NCBI GenBank assembly: GCA_036825115.1
Contig: DAISYV010000001.1
Span: forward strand, 11 to 64,010
From: Anaerolineaceae bacterium
GTDB taxonomy: Bacteria; Chloroflexota; Anaerolineae; Anaerolineales; Anaerolineaceae
Length of the DNA stretch: 64,000 bases
Direction of reading: 5' to 3'
In this document: positions 9,653 to 19,103 of the stretch, in pieces
How positions within the stretch are numbered: the stretch's first letter is position 1
Layout: every line of letters starts with the position of its first letter
The notes under the pieces: generated by a model
What the model was told of the DNA's origin: nothing
Databases searched by the model: none
The model's input: the letters and a program-made list of their open reading frames with translations, nothing else
Made by a program: the position numbers and the translations under genes

Positions 9653-10639
9653 CTATGCCAGATTCGTTTCTGACATCTGATTTTCGATAAATTCGCGGAC
9701 AGATTTCCGCGCATCTAAAATGTAATGAAAGCTTGCAGCCAAGATAATTGTTGAGATCATGGCGTGTCCAAAGACACTAACTATCAGCATCCAGGAATCA
9801 TCAGACGGTATCCGCCATAGCATATTTGTAAGGTAACTTGCCAGGATCGCAAGGAAAAGAAAGGTTGTGCTCTTTGCGTTTGTTAGTCGAACAGTGCGAA
9901 AACTGTTGATGATTGCCTGTTTTAAGCTTAGATTTTCCAAGACAATCAGGTGTGGTGTAAAAAAGATCGGTATGATCAGGGTAATCATGGCGATGGTCAA
10001 AAAAAAGTAGCCAACCGAGGTCAGGAAAGGAAAAAGAGCTCCAATCAGACTGATCACGAGCATGGCAGGAAAAATAACTACCAAAAAAAACATGATGGAA
10101 ACGATTGGAATCAATAACCACGAAACCAATGAACTGGATTTATTGATCTCATCAGTTGAAAAAGATTGGGAGGAAGTTGCTCTTGCAGTCAATTGATAGA
10201 AGAGGTAGGCAAAAATTAGACCGATGAACAACATTCCAATAATGACGCCAAAAATGGCACCTGGTTGCTCCAATTGGATGACTCGAAACTCGCCAATGGG
10301 ATTGCGTTCAAAAGCGCCATCGGAGAAAAGGCTTGGGATTCCAACTGGTAAAGAACGAAGAAAGGAAGTAAGACTAAAATACCGGAAAAATTCAATCGAC
10401 TGAGTTGTTAAAACTTCCCAATTAGCGACCATATCAGCTGAGGTTGAAGGCGGCAAGACGAAACGCTGGATCGCATTTTGAATAAAATCCACGATGGTGA
10501 TCCGAAAGCCGAAAAGCAGAAAAAGGTCAAGAATGATGGGGAAAAGCACCAGGTACAGATGTCTTGAAACGGTGTCGTATCCGGACTTAAATGCGGCAAA
10601 TATTTTGGGCTGTTTTTGAAATGGAAGCATGATTTTCAT
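9653..10639 (-). CDS. hypothetical polytopic membrane protein
   Basis: 328 aa with multiple long hydrophobic segments and no motif I recognise. Its stop is 17 nt upstream of the gyrB start on the same strand. Confidence 0.6.
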   Translation of the reverse strand: MKIMLPFQKQPKIFAAFKSGYDTVSRHLYLVLFPIILDLFLLFGFRITIVDFIQNAIQRFVLPPSTSADMVANWEVLTTQSIEFFRYFSLTSFLRSLPVGIPSLFSDGAFERNPIGEFRVIQLEQPGAIFGVIIGMLFIGLIFAYLFYQLTARATSSQSFSTDEINKSSSLVSWLLIPIVSIMFFLVVIFPAMLVISLIGALFPFLTSVGYFFLTIAMITLIIPIFFTPHLIVLENLSLKQAIINSFRTVRLTNAKSTTFLFLAILASYLTNMLWRIPSDDSWMLIVSVFGHAMISTIILAASFHYILDARKSVREFIENQMSETNLA

Positions 10640-10728
10640 AACCTTATAATTTTACCATTAAATGAAGGGAAGGGGGAATCTACCGTTCATTTCAATAGTG
10701 ATAGAATTCAAAAAGAGAGGAGCAAATT

Positions 10729-11538
10729 TTGGAAAATCGTTACATCAATCGCTTCAGTATCATCCTTGCGACCCTGGCAACGTTCTTTTCTGCTTTGTTC
10801 CTGATACCGCGCGAGCCCCTTAAACCAGGCACAAATCTTTTCGGTTTCATCATTAACTTTAGCGTTATTGGGTTGGTGCCTTTGGTCATGATGCTGTTAT
10901 GTGTCGGAGGATGTTTTTGGCTGTTCCTGGCTCATCAAGACCGTGAAAGGTTTATAGTTGAACCTTGGATTTTGATCCCTAACGTTGTTCTTCCAAGCTT
11001 GGCAACCCTGATTACCAGTACATTCTTGATTCAGTTGGAAAGAAATCCGATATGGTGGATCGCTCTCGGATTAGGCTTGTTGATCATTGGAGTGATTCTG
11101 AATGCGGAATATCATGCTCTCAGTCCTGGGGCGGGAACTGACAGGTTTGTGGCTCCGCTTCTAATCAGCCTGGCATTTAGCCTTTTTTTGGCTTTCACTA
11201 TTTCCCTGGCGGCTTCCCGGTTAAGAATGTATGTCCAGGCTGTCATTATCTTATTCGCAGCATGTTTTGTTGCATACCGGACAATCCATCTGCGAACTGA
11301 AGGTAAAGGGTCAATCTCGATAGTGCTGGTTTGTGGTGTTTTGTGCGCGGAAATTGCCGCTTCTTTGTATTACTTGTTTTTGAAGCCAATCCAAAACGGC
11401 CTTATTCTGACCGGACTGCTATACATCATGACAGTTTTGATGATAACTGATGGTCCTTTGACCCGTCGCAAAATTATTGAACCCCTGCTGATGGCAGGGT
11501 TGACCATACTAATGTTTATTGTTGTCAGTTTTGCCTAG
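10729..11538 (+). CDS. hypothetical polytopic membrane protein
   Basis: 269 aa, very hydrophobic. TTG start with the SD GAGAGGAG 6 nt upstream. Confidence 0.6.
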   Translation: MENRYINRFSIILATLATFFSALFLIPREPLKPGTNLFGFIINFSVIGLVPLVMMLLCVGGCFWLFLAHQDRERFIVEPWILIPNVVLPSLATLITSTFLIQLERNPIWWIALGLGLLIIGVILNAEYHALSPGAGTDRFVAPLLISLAFSLFLAFTISLAASRLRMYVQAVIILFAACFVAYRTIHLRTEGKGSISIVLVCGVLCAEIAASLYYLFLKPIQNGLILTGLLYIMTVLMITDGPLTRRKIIEPLLMAGLTILMFIVVSFA

Positions 11539-12371
11539 GATTCCAACTTCTTGACTTCCTGGTAATACAGCCACTTTAGATTGCGGGTGTGGAGATCCTG
11601 CGCCAATCCGCCCAGGCTAACGCGATGTTTTCCAGTATCTTCGATATCTTGCGCCGAAAGAAATTCAAGCGGGTTTCTCCGTCGCATCGCTGTCTTTACA
11701 ATCTTCTGGAGGGTTTTGAGATAATCAAGGTTATGGTTTTTTACTTCTTCAATCTCACCGCGCAGGATAATGTCTCCATGACCTTGAACGATGTTCTCCA
11801 AGCCCATACTGCCGATGTGAGAAATAGATTTTGCCAAAACTTCGATGTCGCCACCGACAAAATAAGGCACCGGCATAAACGAGTCACCAGCGAACAATAT
11901 CCGTTCATCCTCCAAGAGCACCGAAATACTGTCATCAGAATGACCGGGCGTACCAAAGATCTGGATTTGTTTCTTCCCAATTCGCAGGGTCAACGTGCCC
12001 GAACTGAAAGTGATCTGGGGAGGTGAGATACAAATGTCACGGAAAATGGGATTATCCTGACCAGCTTCGGCCAGGGCTGAAGTACTTTTTTCGAGCATCA
12101 GATCACGGCATTGCTGATGGCCAATGATCGTGGCATTAGGAAAAATACAATTGCCCCACGAGTGATCAGCATGGTGGTGGGTGTTGATGATGTATTTCAC
12201 CGGAACCATAAGTTGTGATTCGATGAAATTCTGAATGCGCGGGGTTTCTGATGGCATCAGGGTGTCGATCAAAACTGCCCATTGCGGACCAACAATTGTA
12301 CCCGCAGTTACTTGCGCATAGACTTCACTCTGAAACCAGTAAACATTATCTGAGACACGTTCTTTCAACAT
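11535..12371 (-). CDS. MBL-fold metallo-hydrolase
   Basis: HHHADHSWGN (HxHxDH) motif, then later GHSDDS and HGD. Confidence 0.8.
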   Translation of the reverse strand: MLKERVSDNVYWFQSEVYAQVTAGTIVGPQWAVLIDTLMPSETPRIQNFIESQLMVPVKYIINTHHHADHSWGNCIFPNATIIGHQQCRDLMLEKSTSALAEAGQDNPIFRDICISPPQITFSSGTLTLRIGKKQIQIFGTPGHSDDSISVLLEDERILFAGDSFMPVPYFVGGDIEVLAKSISHIGSMGLENIVQGHGDIILRGEIEEVKNHNLDYLKTLQKIVKTAMRRRNPLEFLSAQDIEDTGKHRVSLGGLAQDLHTRNLKWLYYQEVKKLES

Positions 12372-12433
12372 ATCATGCTATCCCTATTAATAATGGGCAT
12401 AGAATAGCATACTAAAAACCAAAAGTCAAAAAA

Positions 12434-14431
12434 TCAATGTTTTCGTTGAATGTAAACACCCAGCAGAGCGATCAGGATCAGTACGGCAAGTCCACCAAGG
12501 TAAAAAGGAACTTGCTTTTCACCAGTATATCGATCTGACTTTCCAAGCAGACCAGAACTTGATGTTCCTGAAACAGTAGGCGAAGGCGTTAGGGAAGGTG
12601 TCTTAGTCGGGGTGGGTGTTCCTTCCGGTGTCGGGCTGAGATCAAGAGTTGGCTCAATAGGTGAAGTATCTGTGGCGGTTGAAAGAGATAAAGTCGGCTC
12701 TTCAGGTACCCCGGTCCTGAAGGCAGATGTGGCGGTACGGAATGGAGTAGGGCTACGGTAAATCGGTGTAAAGGTGTGGGTTGAGGTACGCGTGGGAGTT
12801 CGTGTGGCAGTGGCTGTGCTTGTGGAGGTTGTAAGAGGCGCTATCAACGCACTCACAGGTCCTACTATTTGCTGCACAGTTCCATCAGTGTTGATAACAA
12901 CAAGTTGGTAATAATAGGTTTGCCCTGCTATTGGAGTGGTATCTGTAAAACTATAACTGCTGCCAGTGGCAGGAGAGCCTGTGGCTTGAATATCACTGGA
13001 AATCTTCTGGTATGTGCCATTGGATGTGGTTGATCTGGTAATGTAAAAATATTGCGTATTTATTTCGGTGACAGTTGTCCAGTTTAGGTTGATCGTGTTT
13101 GTGAGAGGTGTGGCTGAAAAAGAGAGCACTCCGGCTTGTTCGTAACCAATAACAAAAGGAGTAAAAAACATGTCAGTCAGCAGACCAGGACGGCCTCCAT
13201 CATCATCAATGATGACCTCAATCGTTTTTGAAGCCACTCGGCAAGTGGTCTGTTGACCGACCCAGATGTCGTCTGAAAATTGGGGCTTGTCACCGGTTTT
13301 GTCCCACTTGTCCGTCAACTGGTTTTTTGGATCGTACCATAGCAACGGAAACCGGATCTGATTTCCGGAACCACAGTAAGCAGCAGATTGGATGATTGGT
13401 GCACAATCATTGGTGTCGCTATAAGTGAATGAAAGCGTGACTGCACCAGGATTTGCGGAAGGAGGTAGGAAGACATCAAAATAATTACTGCAAGAATAAG
13501 GAATGCCAGCAGAACCGGCAAAAGGAGCTGAATTGCCATGATTTACAACGTACAATTTCGAGGTGTTGGTACTGCTGGCCTTGAAACCATAGAAGTCTGC
13601 AGCAGGGAAAGTGTTCGTCAGGCTCAACAGTTGGGCTGCTACGCCTGTGGTTTCTGTAACGATTGGTGCATCGAGCCTTTTGGCATCATCTACCTCACAT
13701 CCATTTACGGACTGACTCGGCAACACATCTATTCCCCAGAAATTGTGGTCTACAAAGCTGTTCCCAGAGCAAGAAACCTGGGCTGAGGTGCCATTGGATG
13801 TGATGTTATTTGCCACTACAAGTAATTTTGCGTTTGGTTCGAAATTTGTGCTGTTGATGGCACTTTGATTATTGATAATGTTATTGAACTGCACGGTCAA
13901 CTGTCCTGCACCTGCCTGGTAAGTAACAGCCGTTTTCCCGTATTCGAAGGTGCTGTGTTCGATGACGACTGGTGAGGCACTACTGACGACAATCAGGTCT
14001 CTCGATGGGTTGCTGCAAATGCCATCTGTGAGGTGAATATAGCTTATGGTTGCCTGTCTTGTAATACTAAACATTGGCTCGATGGAATCACAGTTGGAGG
14101 TGCTGATCCAGCCACCATTCAATCCGATGATGCTAACAGGGTAATCCACTGTTATGGTGTCGCTGTTAATCTCGTAGGGGGAAAGTACATTGATCGTGAC
14201 TTCTGTGAGGGCATTATCTCGAGCAAAATTAATGGCTTTCGTTAAGGCATTGGACTCTGGCAAATCAGAGGATTCGTTGAAAAAACAGTTGGCATAACCA
14301 GCGCAAAGCTCTTCAGTTTCGGCCACAAAGAGTCGATTTTCCTGTGGTGTTTCAGCAATAACAGACCGCTGCATGCCAAAATTACCGAGGAGAAAAAAGA
14401 CCAGAAGTAAAACAAGCCATTTTTTCGTCAT
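12434..14431 (-). CDS. secreted surface protein: signal peptide, beta-helix-like region, Fn3-like domain, Thr/Pro/Ser-rich linker, C-terminal TM anchor
   Basis: MTKKWLVLLLVFFLLGNFG signal sequence; repeated NN(I/V)xxN segments; Fn3-like INLNWTTVTEINTQYFYITRS..YYYQLVVIN. The T/P/S-rich stretch ends in YLGGLAVLILIALLGVYIQRKH. I prefer ATG 14431 to track start 14491. Confidence 0.65.
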   Translation of the reverse strand: MTKKWLVLLLVFFLLGNFGMQRSVIAETPQENRLFVAETEELCAGYANCFFNESSDLPESNALTKAINFARDNALTEVTINVLSPYEINSDTITVDYPVSIIGLNGGWISTSNCDSIEPMFSITRQATISYIHLTDGICSNPSRDLIVVSSASPVVIEHSTFEYGKTAVTYQAGAGQLTVQFNNIINNQSAINSTNFEPNAKLLVVANNITSNGTSAQVSCSGNSFVDHNFWGIDVLPSQSVNGCEVDDAKRLDAPIVTETTGVAAQLLSLTNTFPAADFYGFKASSTNTSKLYVVNHGNSAPFAGSAGIPYSCSNYFDVFLPPSANPGAVTLSFTYSDTNDCAPIIQSAAYCGSGNQIRFPLLWYDPKNQLTDKWDKTGDKPQFSDDIWVGQQTTCRVASKTIEVIIDDDGGRPGLLTDMFFTPFVIGYEQAGVLSFSATPLTNTINLNWTTVTEINTQYFYITRSTTSNGTYQKISSDIQATGSPATGSSYSFTDTTPIAGQTYYYQLVVINTDGTVQQIVGPVSALIAPLTTSTSTATATRTPTRTSTHTFTPIYRSPTPFRTATSAFRTGVPEEPTLSLSTATDTSPIEPTLDLSPTPEGTPTPTKTPSLTPSPTVSGTSSSGLLGKSDRYTGEKQVPFYLGGLAVLILIALLGVYIQRKH

Positions 14432-14470
14432 AAATAAAATTATATCACCCGGCATTTCGTGACTGACGCG

Positions 14471-14479
14471 TGTTAAAAT
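14471..14479 (+). promoter_or_regulatory. extended -10 element TGTTAAAAT placed for a leaderless transcript of the 14486 gene
   Basis: TGtTAAAAT ends 6 nt before ATG 14486, and there is no SD in between. Confidence 0.4.
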
Positions 14480-14485
14480 AGCTAT

Positions 14486-15352
14486 ATGCAAAAGATTAAA
14501 TTGAAATTTAACGCGTTTTTCGCGGCTTCTGCCACTGCAAGTTACTTGTTGGGGGTGGTGATTGCCAGATCTTCAGGACTGTCAATCAATTTCTTAACCC
14601 TTTTGGCTGGTTTATTGATTTTCTTTGCTTACTATTTGCTGCAATTAATCCAACTATTCCTAACGTCCAATCGGGTTAATCCTTTCACCAAGGTTAGATC
14701 TGCAGAACAGAATCGAAATTCTTCAGCCCAAGTACTCATTTTTGGCGCGTTTTTTGCAGTTTTTGCAGGTCTTTACTTTCTGTTTAAAGCCCAAGTGCTT
14801 ATTGGCACGAATTTATTAATTCTTATATCCCTTGCTCTTGTGATGTTTCTATCCCTGGGCAGATTCAGCCGACTATGGTTCAACACTATGTCGTGGGTGT
14901 TCGAAGGTTTGGTGGTGGCGCCGTTAATGTTCCTGCTTGGAAGCGCAATCCAGGAGTACGCGTTTTCCTACTTACTTTTCTTGCTCTGGATGCCGATATT
15001 TTTCCTTTATGGAGCATCTGCAATCACCTTATTGTTTTCGGACTATGATCAAAACCGGTCCACACGGAACAGCAACTTTATTGCTTCAGTGAGTTGGGAA
15101 AAAGCACTGAAATTTCATCATATTCTTATAATCCTCAGCTATCTTGGCTTGTTGATCTATATGGCAGCCAGCAATACATGGTCACGTAACTGGCCTGCCT
15201 TACTGCTAAGCGTGGTGAGTGGGGTGGAAGTTTTCTATTTAGAGCAAATGGCGCGAGGTATAAAACCGAACTGGCAGTTATTACGAGGATTGGCGATTGT
15301 ACAATTCTTTTCATTGATTTACCTTTTAGCGTATCCTTTGCTCATAAAATGA
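14486..15352 (+). CDS. hypothetical polytopic membrane protein
   Basis: 288 aa with about 8 hydrophobic helices. Its stop overlaps the first possible start of bcp (ATGA). Confidence 0.6.
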   Translation: MQKIKLKFNAFFAASATASYLLGVVIARSSGLSINFLTLLAGLLIFFAYYLLQLIQLFLTSNRVNPFTKVRSAEQNRNSSAQVLIFGAFFAVFAGLYFLFKAQVLIGTNLLILISLALVMFLSLGRFSRLWFNTMSWVFEGLVVAPLMFLLGSAIQEYAFSYLLFLLWMPIFFLYGASAITLLFSDYDQNRSTRNSNFIASVSWEKALKFHHILIILSYLGLLIYMAASNTWSRNWPALLLSVVSGVEVFYLEQMARGIKPNWQLLRGLAIVQFFSLIYLLAYPLLIK

Positions 15353-15366
15353 ACGTGGAGAAAAGA

Positions 15367-15825
15367 ATGATTATGGAACTCAACAAGACAGCCCCAAATT
15401 TTGAACTCAATGACCAAAGTGGCCAACCCCACAAGCTTTCCGATTACATTGGGAAGCGGGTTGTGCTCTATTTCTATCCCAAGGATGACACTCCAGGATG
15501 CACTGCTGAAGCTTGCAGTTTCAGAGACAATTATTCCGTATTTAAACAGAATGACATAGTCATTTTGGGTGTAAGCGCTGATTCAGAAAAATCACACGCA
15601 AAATTCCAGGAAAAATACGAACTCCCTTTTACTTTACTCTCTGACACAGATCATCAAGTCAGTGAAGCTTATGGAGTTTGGGGTTTGAAGAAATACATGG
15701 GGCGCGAGTATTACGGCATCAATCGCACCACCTTCTTGATTGATGAAGAAGGCAAGCTGGTGAAGATCTACGAAAAAGTAAAGCCCGCGGAACACGCGCA
15801 GGAGATCATGCAAGATTTTATCTAG
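15367..15825 (+). CDS. bcp: thioredoxin-dependent thiol peroxidase (peroxiredoxin Bcp)
   Basis: FYPKDDTPGCTAEAC peroxidatic-Cys motif. ATG 15367 sits 5 nt after GGAGA; the track start is 15349. Confidence 0.9.
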   Translation: MIMELNKTAPNFELNDQSGQPHKLSDYIGKRVVLYFYPKDDTPGCTAEACSFRDNYSVFKQNDIVILGVSADSEKSHAKFQEKYELPFTLLSDTDHQVSEAYGVWGLKKYMGREYYGINRTTFLIDEEGKLVKIYEKVKPAEHAQEIMQDFI

Positions 15826-15834
15826 GATCTGGTT

Positions 15835-16179
15835 TTACTGAACGCTGAGCACGACTTTGGCTTTGTGCCACAAGCCTTCGAGGTCGTAATATTCACGCAT
15901 TTCGGGGCTGAGAAGGTGTACGACAACGTAGCCGTAGTCCAAAACTATCCAACCGGATTGCCCACCGCTTTCAATTACGGGGTTCAGTCCGGTTTCCGCT
16001 TTAACAATCTCACGAATGTATTCAGACAGGCTTTCCAGCATTCTTTCGCTGGTGCCGTTTGCGATTACAAATGAGTCTGTAAAATCAGAAATACCGGTTA
16101 GGTCAAGGAGCAGAATATCTTCTGCGAGTTTGTCTTCAAGAATTTGTACGATCTTGCGTCCTAAGTTTATTGGTTCCAG
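15835..16179 (-). CDS. rsfS: ribosome silencing factor RsfS (iojap-like), probable CTG start
   Basis: The track ORF (68 aa) is only the C-terminal half (YVVVHLLSPEMREYYDLEGLW). Upstream, the same frame reads LEPINLGRKIVQILEDKLAEDILLLDLTGISDFTDSFVIANGTSER, which matches the RsfS N-terminal half. That frame has no ATG/GTG/TTG, but a CTG at 16179 lies 5 nt after GAGGT. Confidence 0.75.
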   Translation of the reverse strand: MEPINLGRKIVQILEDKLAEDILLLDLTGISDFTDSFVIANGTSERMLESLSEYIREIVKAETGLNPVIESGGQSGWIVLDYGYVVVHLLSPEMREYYDLEGLWHKAKVVLSVQ

Positions 16180-16202
16180 GTTTCACCTCACTGCAGAATA
16201 GT

Positions 16203-16784
16203 TTAGCACACATTTTTAAGCGCATGGCTGCTTAGTACAGTGTAAACTGGGCCTTCAGGTTTGAGTATGCTCTGATATAGAAGCACTTCACGGATCCTGG
16301 TTGACCCCACGTTGACGCTGCCAAGTTTGGCGAAAAGTTTGGAAAACATTTCACCTGAAACCCCCCTGGCGTTCTCAGCAACTCTGCCAAGAGTTAGATG
16401 GGGAGAAAACTTGGCTTTTTCAGGCTCCGCAACCAGACCGGAATCGTTAATTATTGCCTTTGCCAGTGTTGTCACAACCTTGGGATTACTGACACCAAGC
16501 CATAAGATGCGTGGGTTTTGACGGGAGGGAAAAGCGCCAAGATTTGCAAACTCGAGGTCGAACTCAGAAAAATTTTGGCAGAGTTTATCCAGTTTGTTTT
16601 CAATTTTTGGTATCAAGTTTTCGTCAGTGTCACCCAAAAAGAGCATGGTGAGGTGAAGGTTTTGCGGGGCCGTATAGCGCATGCCTGGCACCGGAAATTC
16701 ACGTTTGATGGTCGAAATTAGCCTGAAAATCGTGTCTAGCAGGGCTGGTTCGGGATCAACTGCAATAAACAAACGCTTTTGCAT
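16203..16784 (-). CDS. thpR: RNA 2',3'-cyclic phosphodiesterase (2H family, LigT/ThpR)
   Basis: Two H-x-T/S motifs, HLTMLFLG and HLTLGR; 193 aa. Confidence 0.85.
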   Translation of the reverse strand: MQKRLFIAVDPEPALLDTIFRLISTIKREFPVPGMRYTAPQNLHLTMLFLGDTDENLIPKIENKLDKLCQNFSEFDLEFANLGAFPSRQNPRILWLGVSNPKVVTTLAKAIINDSGLVAEPEKAKFSPHLTLGRVAENARGVSGEMFSKLFAKLGSVNVGSTRIREVLLYQSILKPEGPVYTVLSSHALKNVC

Positions 16785-17034
16785 GGTTTTTACCTCAATT
16801 CTTATATACAGATTATACAGGTAATGTTGATGAAAATCATACCTTCGTAAAAATATGGTATAAAAAAGATACCCTGCTGTGTTTGTGATGCTGACACTCA
16901 GTTTTGTACCAACACGAACAAAAAAGGTCCGATCTTATTCAGGTGACGTGATAGACAGAAGTCAAGATCGATCCTGATAGTAGGACCATCCTGCTATTGC
17001 AGGTTCAAAACCCTCCAGCACACGGCATGGCGGG

Positions 17035-17751
17035 GTGTTATTATCCAAGATCAAATCCCACAATATTTCTGGTATCATTATTTTTGTGAAACAGTCTCGC
17101 TTTTTCATCCTTTTGGTAATTAGCCTTATCATTCTGAATGGCTGCTCATCGATTCAAAATATTCAAGTAAGCCAGGATAAACTTCCATGGAAATCCAGTG
17201 GCGAAATCCTGCTGGAAGACGACTTCAGCGATGATACGACTGGTTGGGAAATTGTGAATAACGTCTATGAATTAAAGGGTTATTCAAGCGAAGGCTATCT
17301 GATTTCGATCAACAATGAAGGCGGCAGGTCGATCTCAACAACCGGGTTACAATTTACCGATGTTAACATTCAAGTTGAAACACATAAGCTAACAGGCAGC
17401 AATAATTCTTACATTGGCATAATCTGCCGTTACCAGGACAATCAAAACTACTATCGGTTCTTTATCACTCCGGACGGATACACTGGCATTGTCAAGGTGG
17501 TCAATGGTCAAAGTATTACACTACCTGCCGGAAAAATGACCTATAACCACGATGTGATACAAGACGATGGAGCGAATTTGCTCGAGGTTTCTTGTGTTGG
17601 AAGCGAATTAAGTTTAATGGTCAACAACAAACTTGCGATTAGGGCGGAGGATGACCAACTTGAAAAAGGCGATGTCGGAATCTTTGCGGAAACCGGACAC
17701 GATGGGCCAGGCTCCTTCATTTTCAATCAATTTATTGTCATCAAGCCTTAG
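17035..17751 (+). CDS. hypothetical lipoprotein (concanavalin/beta-sandwich-like)
   Basis: Lipobox LIILNGCSS after a hydrophobic segment. The start is uncertain: GTG 17035 or GTG 17086, the latter giving MKQSRFFILLVISLIILNGC. Confidence 0.6.
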   Translation: MLLSKIKSHNISGIIIFVKQSRFFILLVISLIILNGCSSIQNIQVSQDKLPWKSSGEILLEDDFSDDTTGWEIVNNVYELKGYSSEGYLISINNEGGRSISTTGLQFTDVNIQVETHKLTGSNNSYIGIICRYQDNQNYYRFFITPDGYTGIVKVVNGQSITLPAGKMTYNHDVIQDDGANLLEVSCVGSELSLMVNNKLAIRAEDDQLEKGDVGIFAETGHDGPGSFIFNQFIVIKP

Positions 17752-19032
17752 ATGAAAGTTTTTCTCAATATGGTCGGTTGCCGCCTGAACCAGGCGGAGA
17801 TAGAACAGCTCGCGCTTTCCCTGGTGGAAGCTGGGGTGGAAGTTGTTTCAGACCCGACAGAGGCGGACGAGATCGTGATCAACACCTGCTGTGTGACCGC
17901 GAAAGCCTCTGCTGATTCGCGGAAAATCCTCAGGCATCACCGCGCCCATTTTCCTGAAGCCCATGTAATAGGCACAGGCTGTTGGGTGAGTATCAACAAA
18001 GACAATCCTGCTGAACAAAAGCAAATGATGGATCAGGCTTACGATAACCCCAGGAAAGAAGAGATCCTGGTGGATTTATTGGCGCGATCTGCTCAAGAAA
18101 GTATTGGAATCGAACAAATCCGACCAAATCTTGGCTCGCGGAACCGAACTCGCGGATTTGTTAAGGTGCAGGATGGCTGCGATAACCGCTGTGCGTATTG
18201 TCTGACACAGGTTGCGAGGGGGCGTTCTGTCAGCACTGATGCCAGCAGTGTGGTTGCTTATAGCAGGAAACTGCAAAATCTGGGGGTTAAGGAAATCGTC
18301 CTGACAGGAGTACAACTCGGTTCCTGGGGGAAGGATATTCTACCCAAAAAATCGATTAGTGATCTGGTGAAAATGCTGTTGGATCAGACTGAGATTCCGC
18401 GCATTCGTCTTTCATCAATTGAACCTTGGGATGTGAGCTCTGAATTAATTTCACTTTTTGAAGACCCACGCCTATGCCCGCATTTGCATATCCCTCTGCA
18501 ATCTGGTTCGGATGAAATACTGCGGAAGATGAACCGACCTATGAATACAATAAGGTTTCGGGAAATTCTCGAGGAAATCAGGGCAGCTATGCCCGATTTT
18601 GCCATCACAACGGACATTATTTGCGGATTTCCCGGTGAAACCGAAGATTTGTTTGAACAATCCCTTGAATTTATCAAGGAGTGCCAATTCAGTGGGGGAC
18701 ATGTGTTTCCTTTCTCGGCATTAGAGGGGACAGCCGCATTCAGTATGCAGGAACAGGTTCAGCACTACATCCGGCGGGATCGCACTGCAATCGTACGCCA
18801 GGTCCTTGAAGACGCTCAAAGGACTTTTATCAGCCGCAGACTAGGACAAAATGCGAAAGTGTTGTTTGAAGGAAAGAACAAACTCCACGGAGAGTGGGGC
18901 TGGCAGGGGTGGAGCGAGGATTTCATTAAAGTTTTTGTGCCTTCGCCTGATAACCTTCAAAATCAGGTCGTGAATGTTGTGTTGGAATACTTGTCAGAGT
19001 CTGGCGAGGTTTACGCCCGCGTTTTGTGCTAA
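17752..19032 (+). CDS. mtaB: radical-SAM methylthiotransferase, MtaB-like (tRNA t6A37 methylthiotransferase)
   Basis: N-terminal MVGCRLNQAEIE (UPF0004 domain) and radical SAM GCDNRCAYC; 426 aa. Confidence 0.8.
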   Translation: MKVFLNMVGCRLNQAEIEQLALSLVEAGVEVVSDPTEADEIVINTCCVTAKASADSRKILRHHRAHFPEAHVIGTGCWVSINKDNPAEQKQMMDQAYDNPRKEEILVDLLARSAQESIGIEQIRPNLGSRNRTRGFVKVQDGCDNRCAYCLTQVARGRSVSTDASSVVAYSRKLQNLGVKEIVLTGVQLGSWGKDILPKKSISDLVKMLLDQTEIPRIRLSSIEPWDVSSELISLFEDPRLCPHLHIPLQSGSDEILRKMNRPMNTIRFREILEEIRAAMPDFAITTDIICGFPGETEDLFEQSLEFIKECQFSGGHVFPFSALEGTAAFSMQEQVQHYIRRDRTAIVRQVLEDAQRTFISRRLGQNAKVLFEGKNKLHGEWGWQGWSEDFIKVFVPSPDNLQNQVVNVVLEYLSESGEVYARVLC

Positions 19033-19075
19033 AACGAGCGATTTAGCAGTTCATATTATTGAAGCTTATTGTCAC

Positions 19076-19103
19076 TTGACGATTAGGGTGTTTAGGGTAA
19101 AAT
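19076..19103 (+). promoter_or_regulatory. sigma70-like promoter for the rpmH operon (-35 TTGACG, 16-nt spacer, -10 TAAAAT)
   Basis: Read directly from the sequence. It lies about 90 nt upstream of the rpmH ATG. Confidence 0.55.

Noticed and set aside
12540-12850. Repetitive-looking GC-rich stretch near the 3' end of the surface-protein gene
   Set aside because: It is the Thr/Pro/Ser-rich linker coding region. There are no exact tandem units, so it is not a CRISPR, VNTR or mobile-element repeat.
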